In this document: in pieces, positions 14,670 to 20,000 of the stretch | Position numbering within the stretch: the stretch's first letter is position 1 | Layout: each line of letters begins with the position of its first letter | Origin: an uncultured virus (IMG/VR IMGVR_UViG_3300002030_000016) | Taxonomy: Duplodnaviria > Heunggongvirae > Uroviricota > Caudoviricetes | Reading direction: 5' to 3' (one strand) | IMG/VR virus record: IMGVR_UViG_3300002030_000016 | Length of the DNA stretch: 20,000 bases | Translations under genes and position numbers: made by a program | Notes under the pieces: generated by a model | What the model was told of the DNA's origin: nothing | Seen by the model: only the letters and a program-made list of their open reading frames with translations | Databases searched by the model: none

Positions 14670-16955
14670 CTAGTTTGCGTATGATGGGTCCGGCTCAAAG
14701 ACCAATGGAATTGTCTGATCTGTCGCTTCAAGGAATATCGGTAGTTCTTGCCGGACCCATCCAGCGCCACCGATTGTGATCTTCACAGGAATCCTGTTCG
14801 CAAAGTCGTATTCGTAGACGAACGAACCACCGGAAACGGATGGTTCGTAGGCCACGGTTTGCCGTCCCCGGCGGATACGAACTTCAATCCCGTCAGGAAG
14901 CCCGTTCAGCGTGATTGCCACCGGGCGCGCGATGAACGGGAAGCTATATCCAGCCGTGACCGCTGTGTTGGCGTAGCTGGTGTACAGGTATTGCGACAGC
15001 CCAGCCGTGATTTTCGTGATCCTGACCCGCACTTGCAGCAGTTCCCCTGCTGGCAGACCTGCCAACTGGGAAGACATCGTACTGGGTGCGCCCCATGCGG
15101 TCCAAGCCCCACCCGGACGCCGCATCGATCCTTCTACATCGAAGGCACTTGTCGTCACGCCGGTCTTGGACAGTGACCCGGTGAAGTTCGTGATGCCGCC
15201 GTGGATGCGACCCGTCAAAACGACCTGATCACCTACGTTTTCGATGTAGAGACGGTTATTTTGGTTGAAGACGATCTTGCCGGTTTCGACCGTCTTTTCC
15301 AGATAGTCTTCATCCAACTCTGGCGACATCCTGAATTCGACACGACCAGCAGTTTCATCTTCATTCAGGAAGATGTGGTTCGATGTGCAGTCAGTCCCCG
15401 TTCCAACTGCAGTGGTCAGGCTGCCCTTGACCATCGTGTTTTGGTAGACCGAACCAAAGCCGAATTCACAGGATGTGCCGTTGCTCTGGGTCTGATCGAA
15501 CTTCACGTTGGTCATTTCCAGATTTCTTGAAGTGGTGGACAATTCTGCCACCCTGTTCAGAAGCTGGCCTTCGATCAGGAAGTTGCCCAACCTAGTCCCC
15601 GAACCTTGGTTGTTGGTGATGTGGTCCATTTCACCATTGGCGTTGTAGATCACGTCAGAAACAGTGACGCCCTGCGACCCGGACGTGACATAGGCGATGC
15701 ACTCACGGTGCGCCGCGTAGCCTTCAGTCACAGTCATCCCTGATCGAAGGTGGCTGATCGAAATATTGCTGGCGTTGGATGCCCGGAAGCACGAAGTCTT
15801 CGCGCTGGATTGGGTCTGCGCGCGTGACCCTCTAGCGCAGGTGTGCAGGCCATCGACGGTGCATTCACCGGCACCCCCAGCGAAATACATCGCCGTATTA
15901 TAACCAGCCAAATACAGATCGAAGAAATCGACATTCTGGGAAGAAAGGCCAATGGTGCCACGTCCAGTGTTGCCATTCGACATATTCGGCATCATCGCCA
16001 GAACTTTTTCGAAATACCCCCCGGTATTGTTGAAGCACTCGATACCGTAGTCAGTGGACCCCGTGTATCGGTTGATGATCGCCAGATTTTTCACTTCAGG
16101 CGGCACTGTGGCAGATGACATGATCAGTTCCCGCGCTGAACTGAGGATCACGTCATGAAGCGTCACCTTGCCCGCGTTGACGTTGAAGTTGATTGGGCTG
16201 TTCTGGCCCCCGGTTTCCACAACAACCTGCTTCCAAATTTGGCCTGCCCCGTTGTCGAAATCGCAGTTGAACGACTGGCCAGCAGCAGAACCGGCGCTGC
16301 CAATAGAAACGCACTCGAAATCCATCCGACCTGACAACGCCAAATCGAAGTAAGGCACCGTGGTTGTGCTGTTGGCGACCTGAATTTGAATGCTGGGGAC
16401 GAAGATTTCCGTCCCAGATGGGGGAATCCACCCGCCGGTCCCGTCACCAAAGACAATCCGGTTATTCGCCAGATCATGTTCGAACGTGCATCCGAAGATT
16501 TCATGACCAAAGGAATCGGCCAGATTGTCCACCCGGACTGCCAGCCGGTGGATTGGGGTTCCATCCCGCAAGGTATCTGGGGTGGGCAGGTCCAAGAACA
16601 CGCCGCCCAGCGACTGATACTGCGACCCGCCGTCAGTGGGCAACGTGAAGGTCTGGTTCGCGTTGCCGTTGGATGTCCCAATCGAAATCAGCTTTCCGCG
16701 TAGCTTCATCCGACCACCAGCTTCCAAACGGATGCGAGGAAGCGATGTCCCAGTGGAACCTACCCGGATGAACCGGGGTGTGTTGGTCAGGTTTTCACAG
16801 AAGAATTCGCCGTCTGTGATGCAGTCCCACCGGCGGATGTCATCCGTCGATTCATCGATTGTGATGCGTGCTGATTGGGTCAGCGAAATGATGTCATTAT
16901 TGGCCGCGCCAAGGGCGCTATAGTTGCTGTCTGAAGTGACAGTGATCGTGGCCAT
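14670..16955 (-). CDS. Putative fibre/spike protein with a predicted parallel beta-helix, 761 aa
   Basis: Asn/Ser/Thr/Gly-rich repeating strands (e.g. KVTLHDVIL, CTVDGLHT, ISISHLRS, VTVSDVIY, LEMTNVKF), an FGDG-containing insert, and a C-terminal Ig-like domain ending EPDPSYAN. Confidence 0.65.
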   Translation of the reverse strand: MATITVTSDSNYSALGAANNDIISLTQSARITIDESTDDIRRWDCITDGEFFCENLTNTPRFIRVGSTGTSLPRIRLEAGGRMKLRGKLISIGTSNGNANQTFTLPTDGGSQYQSLGGVFLDLPTPDTLRDGTPIHRLAVRVDNLADSFGHEIFGCTFEHDLANNRIVFGDGTGGWIPPSGTEIFVPSIQIQVANSTTTVPYFDLALSGRMDFECVSIGSAGSAAGQSFNCDFDNGAGQIWKQVVVETGGQNSPINFNVNAGKVTLHDVILSSARELIMSSATVPPEVKNLAIINRYTGSTDYGIECFNNTGGYFEKVLAMMPNMSNGNTGRGTIGLSSQNVDFFDLYLAGYNTAMYFAGGAGECTVDGLHTCARGSRAQTQSSAKTSCFRASNASNISISHLRSGMTVTEGYAAHRECIAYVTSGSQGVTVSDVIYNANGEMDHITNNQGSGTRLGNFLIEGQLLNRVAELSTTSRNLEMTNVKFDQTQSNGTSCEFGFGSVYQNTMVKGSLTTAVGTGTDCTSNHIFLNEDETAGRVEFRMSPELDEDYLEKTVETGKIVFNQNNRLYIENVGDQVVLTGRIHGGITNFTGSLSKTGVTTSAFDVEGSMRRPGGAWTAWGAPSTMSSQLAGLPAGELLQVRVRITKITAGLSQYLYTSYANTAVTAGYSFPFIARPVAITLNGLPDGIEVRIRRGRQTVAYEPSVSGGSFVYEYDFANRIPVKITIGGAGWVRQELPIFLEATDQTIPLVFEPDPSYAN

Positions 16956-16980
16956 TCATCTTCCCTAAGTGGCACCGGCG

Positions 16981-17235
16981 CTACGCCGATATTTTACCAA
17001 GCGATAGCGCCGCCCCTGCGTCTAGCAGAGCCGCCGCCACCACTCTTGATCTGGTGGTGGTGTGGTAGGTCGCATACGCGACTTCCAGCATTGTCTTGAA
17101 CTGACCTTCCGTCAGTGTGGCGATGTCCGGCGTGTTGTGGGAACCTGCCAGCCAAGCTGCCATGATTTCCGTCGCCATTTCGGTTTCGCCTAGCCGTGAC
17201 ATGCGGTTCACCACCTGCTGTCGCAGGGTGTCCAT
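16981..17235 (-). CDS. Hypothetical protein, 84 aa
   Basis: GGAG RBS; helical; co-oriented with the structural genes. Confidence 0.65.
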   Translation of the reverse strand: MDTLRQQVVNRMSRLGETEMATEIMAAWLAGSHNTPDIATLTEGQFKTMLEVAYATYHTTTRSRVVAAALLDAGAALSLGKISA

Positions 17236-17247
17236 GTCTCACGCTCC

Positions 17248-17390
17248 GGGTGAAAGTGTTTGGGGGGGGATTCGAACCCACGGCCACCTGCCTATTGGCT
17301 ATCCATCGCCAGACAAATGAACTAGATGGTCAAGTCCCCGTTCAAGGGCTTCAGCCTTAGACCGTACTCAGCAACCCAGCACTTCCACCC
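17248..17390 (-). ncRNA. Aberrant tRNA-like element (Ser-like arms, UGA in anticodon-like loop), either a pseudo-tRNA or a tRNA mimic
   Basis: D-arm GCTGAGTACGGTCTAAGGC (17372-17354); loop CTTGAAC (17346-17340); T-arm GTGGGTTCGAATCCCCC (17281-17265); ends pair over about 15 bp; no CCA; oversized variable region. Confidence 0.6.
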
Positions 17391-17505
17391 TTCAGCGCGC
17401 CGTCAAGTGGATTGCCAACCTTCCGGCACCGCGTTCCAGCCTAGCGACGAAACGCATCCAAGGAAGTGCCCTCAACAACTCGACTATTTTGCAATAGCTG
17501 GGGGT

Positions 17506-17718
17506 CTAAACAGTATCAAGATGTTTTTTGGGATGGCTCAACTTGCAGCGGGCCTTTTGACCCGGAAGCCGAACGATCAGGACGATGGCAACGATGATGC
17601 CAAGAAACAACGCCAGACCACCCAAACTGTAGGGGCTGCCACCGTTGATCTGGGTCGCACCCCCCAGAAGCAATGTCGCACCAACCGCTGCTAGAATTCT
17701 GTCATTCCGCTTGCTCAT
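17506..17718 (-). CDS. Small membrane protein with two hydrophobic segments, about 70 aa
   Basis: ILAAVGATLLLGGA and LGGLALFLGIIVAIVLIV flanked by basic termini; start at 17718 or 17724. Confidence 0.6.
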   Translation of the reverse strand: MSKRNDRILAAVGATLLLGGATQINGGSPYSLGGLALFLGIIVAIVLIVRLPGQKARCKLSHPKKHLDTV

Positions 17719-17798
17719 TTTCACGCCCTATCAGAAATATGATGACACTGAAATTCGAACCGAACACGTAGGCAATATCACACATCCCCACGGTTGCG

Positions 17799-18059
17799 CT
17801 ATAAATCACCCAACTCTTCTTCCGATAGCGCACCGAAGTTGGGGAAAACTTGGTCTGCAGTTGTCCTGCAGTCCACTGCATCAACATAAAAGTGATAGAA
17901 CACAGCCCAGCAATCGACCTTCATTGCTTCGTTCAGAACACGCTGGATGTCGCCTTCTGCCTCGCTTTTGGACTGGTATGGCCCCGATACCGCCTTGTCA
18001 GTAACAACACCGTCAATGCGGCACCGGAACCGGATGTAGTGCAAGCTGATCGTCTTCAA
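17799..18059 (-). CDS. Hypothetical protein, 86 aa
   Basis: TTG start overlapping the upstream TGA (TTGA coupling). Confidence 0.55.
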   Translation of the reverse strand: MKTISLHYIRFRCRIDGVVTDKAVSGPYQSKSEAEGDIQRVLNEAMKVDCWAVFYHFYVDAVDCRTTADQVFPNFGALSEEELGDL

Positions 18060-18304
18060 GACGGGTTTTCATCCAGATAGTCATTCGCCGCTTCGTTGCC
18101 TATCGTGATGTTGTGAAGGATCAAGTCCATCGCGATTTCCGGGGTGATCACATCCGGGTCTTGAACCGCGATAAGCTGCCCCACCATCTGCGACACGATG
18201 GCGAGCATTTCAGGGGGCTTGATGTCCCCGTCAAATGGCTGCATCGCATCAGCGAGCGCATCGCGACACGCCCGGTGCTTTTCGCTTATTGGAACCGTTC
18301 CCAT
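18056..18304 (-). CDS. Hypothetical helical protein, 82 aa
   Basis: TGATG coupling to the upstream gene, with GAGGA upstream. Confidence 0.7.
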   Translation of the reverse strand: MGTVPISEKHRACRDALADAMQPFDGDIKPPEMLAIVSQMVGQLIAVQDPDVITPEIAMDLILHNITIGNEAANDYLDENPS

Positions 18305-19455
18305 CAGGCGTCGTCCTCTTCTACGGGTTCGAATCTTATCGGCACGATGCGGCTGCCTCTGGGCTTCGATCTGATGAACATGAATTCGATCTGTTCGTCA
18401 GTATGGAAGCTGTAGACGGACACATTGCATCCAGTCTCCAAAGCATTGACCATCGCCCCGCGCCGCGTCTCCGATACGGTCAGCGCAAGGATTTTGCCGG
18501 TTTGATCCATCAGGCCAAACCCAGACCCACGGTCGATTTTCTCAAACCCAGACACCTGCCCCCTGAAGAACTGGACCCGATAGTCGCCTTCTTCGGTTCG
18601 GACTATCCAGCTTCCGGGGCCATTCTGTAGCAACATCCGGCTGGAAAAGACGCCTTCTTCTATGTTGGAAACCTTGGCTACAGCACCGGGGATGGTCGCG
18701 CCGGGGGTAACGGTGATGTCCTCTGATACGGCTGTGATCCCCGCATCCATTGACCGCAACGGCTCTGGTTCCACCGGGTCTTTTGCCTTCCCAGCTTCCA
18801 ATCTCACTGTCGAATACGAGAATGCAGGGTCATCCGACTTCTGGGCGGCACGCCGGTCTTGCTGCTCACGTTGCCGCCGCCACTGCTCTTGGACGCTGGG
18901 CATGTTGCGTTCGTGTTCAAGGTCTTCTGAGGAAATCCCCCAGTCATCATCCGTGAAAACCACGGATTCGTCCCCACCGGGTTTCGCGGCATCCACGCCA
19001 ACCGTGATGGGTTCATCTTCTGGGACTTCGAAGGGGTTTGGTTCCTGATCAAGTTGCCTCGCCAGATTTTGCTGGGCAATCTGCTGGGCCTTCTTCGCTG
19101 AAGTAACTACTGGCGATTCTACCACGACACCCTGCTGGGCGGCATGTTCGGAAATTTTTTCGCCTAGTTCCGCAATGCCTTCTTTCGCAGCATCCAATTC
19201 ATCCGGGGATGGGGTCTTGATCTTCAGTGCCCCGCGTTTCCTAACCGGGACATCGTGTCGCGGCCCGGTGCATTTTTTACCCCGATCAGTGAACGTACCC
19301 ACCGGCGAACCGGACTTGACCTTCCACTTCACCTTCGCGCCACAGGCACAGACGGTGGTTTTCACCAACCCGGCTTGGACCTCTGCATCTTCAGAGAGTT
19401 CAGTAATCGTGTCCGGCTGCGCTATGCAGGTTCCGGCTTCGGTCATCGCTTCCAT
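18304..19455 (-). CDS. Hypothetical protein, about 383 aa (Cys-containing N-terminus, acidic low-complexity middle, beta-rich C-terminus)
   Basis: Start trimmed from 19773 to MEAMTEA (19455 or 19446) to avoid overlapping the lipoprotein gene. Confidence 0.7.
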   Translation of the reverse strand: MEAMTEAGTCIAQPDTITELSEDAEVQAGLVKTTVCACGAKVKWKVKSGSPVGTFTDRGKKCTGPRHDVPVRKRGALKIKTPSPDELDAAKEGIAELGEKISEHAAQQGVVVESPVVTSAKKAQQIAQQNLARQLDQEPNPFEVPEDEPITVGVDAAKPGGDESVVFTDDDWGISSEDLEHERNMPSVQEQWRRQREQQDRRAAQKSDDPAFSYSTVRLEAGKAKDPVEPEPLRSMDAGITAVSEDITVTPGATIPGAVAKVSNIEEGVFSSRMLLQNGPGSWIVRTEEGDYRVQFFRGQVSGFEKIDRGSGFGLMDQTGKILALTVSETRRGAMVNALETGCNVSVYSFHTDEQIEFMFIRSKPRGSRIVPIRFEPVEEDDA

Positions 19456-19465
19456 AGCCCTGCCC

Positions 19466-19792
19466 CTATGCCTTGGGCGCTTGCTGTGATGGTGCGCCGG
19501 TGCATTGGAATTCGAACGTGAAATCCCAGAGGAAGCACCCATAGTCGCTTGGCGCAACGCAGTTTCGCTTGAACCCACCGAATGGCTCGGCGCTTTCATA
19601 GCCCCAGACGCCGCATTTCTGTTCAGCGATGGATTGCATCCCGCTGACCACTGAAGCTGCTGGGGGTTGCTCTGCTGGGCCATGCTGGACGCCCACCGTC
19701 GCATCCGCACGGGAACCGCCGGTTGCGAACGTCTGGGTCTTAGGGGCGCACGACAAGAGCGCCACAGCGCCAAGAACGATTATCTTTTTCAT
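19466..19792 (-). CDS. YecR-family lipoprotein, 108 aa
   Basis: RBS AAAGGA. Signal peptide MKKIIVLGAVALLSC with lipobox Cys; ATGGSRADATV...KCGVWGYESAEPFGG..C..C..EFQC motifs. Confidence 0.8.
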   Translation of the reverse strand: MKKIIVLGAVALLSCAPKTQTFATGGSRADATVGVQHGPAEQPPAASVVSGMQSIAEQKCGVWGYESAEPFGGFKRNCVAPSDYGCFLWDFTFEFQCTGAPSQQAPKA

Positions 19793-19980
19793 GGGAAGGT
19801 GTCCTTTCAGGTTGAACGGGTTCATTGATGGGCAGTTTTGTGTACGAGACATACCCAAGGTCACGCTTTGATTACGCAGTATGTCTGCGCCGGTTTGGTA
19901 GACATTTATGGGGACCGTCTTGAAACGCGGAAACAGCCATCCAGTCCCAATTTAAGGGTTACATCCCTTTTTGGGGACAA

Positions 19981-20000
19981 ACAACAAAAAACCCCCCCCC
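19981..20000 (-). terminator. Possible 3' half of an intrinsic terminator (G run then T tract)
   Basis: Minus strand reads G9 TTTTTTGTTGT; the 5' stem arm would lie outside the window. Confidence 0.3.

Noticed and set aside
17248..17390. Canonical functional tRNA-Ser, tmRNA or Y RNA
   Set aside because: No CCA, irregular acceptor and anticodon stems, and a T-stem mismatch. No tag reading frame is evident, and the arm order is not permuted as in YrlA.
17702..17887. 61-aa ORF and an isolated GGTTCGAAT T-loop-like motif
   Set aside because: The ORF overlaps better-coupled genes, and no cloverleaf surrounds the motif.
19456..19773. N-terminal 106 codons of the 489-aa ORF
   Set aside because: Overlaps the better-supported lipoprotein gene in another frame.
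1..20000. Gene transfer agent cluster, diversity-generating retroelement, CRISPR array or integrase
   Set aside because: The head module is DUF2213/DUF2184 type with a long tape measure, unlike RcGTA. No reverse transcriptase, repeat-spacer array or recombinase motifs were seen.

Overview
One minus-strand region of a tailed dsDNA phage or prophage, siphovirus-like and probably infecting an alphaproteobacterium (GTA-gp10-like chaperone, DUF3168 terminator). In transcription order (right to left): a YecR-like lipoprotein and small hypothetical genes; a structured intergenic region ending in an aberrant tRNA-like element; a 6-gene putative fibre/appendage module; a DUF2213 prohead protease/scaffold, decoration protein and DUF2184 major capsid protein; neck genes; tail tube; a tail chaperone with a -1 frameshift; tape measure; distal tail protein; and the start of a tail hub gene. 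No portal or terminase gene is recognisable. The top observation is an intact Acb1-like (anti-CBASS) 2H phosphodiesterase domain fused to the N-terminus of the prohead protease. Two candidate structured RNAs also stand out: a pseudoknotted element among the neck genes and a tRNA-like element with an expanded variable region. All family assignments come from motif recognition by eye and all RNA folds from manual pairing; no searches or folding programs were run.
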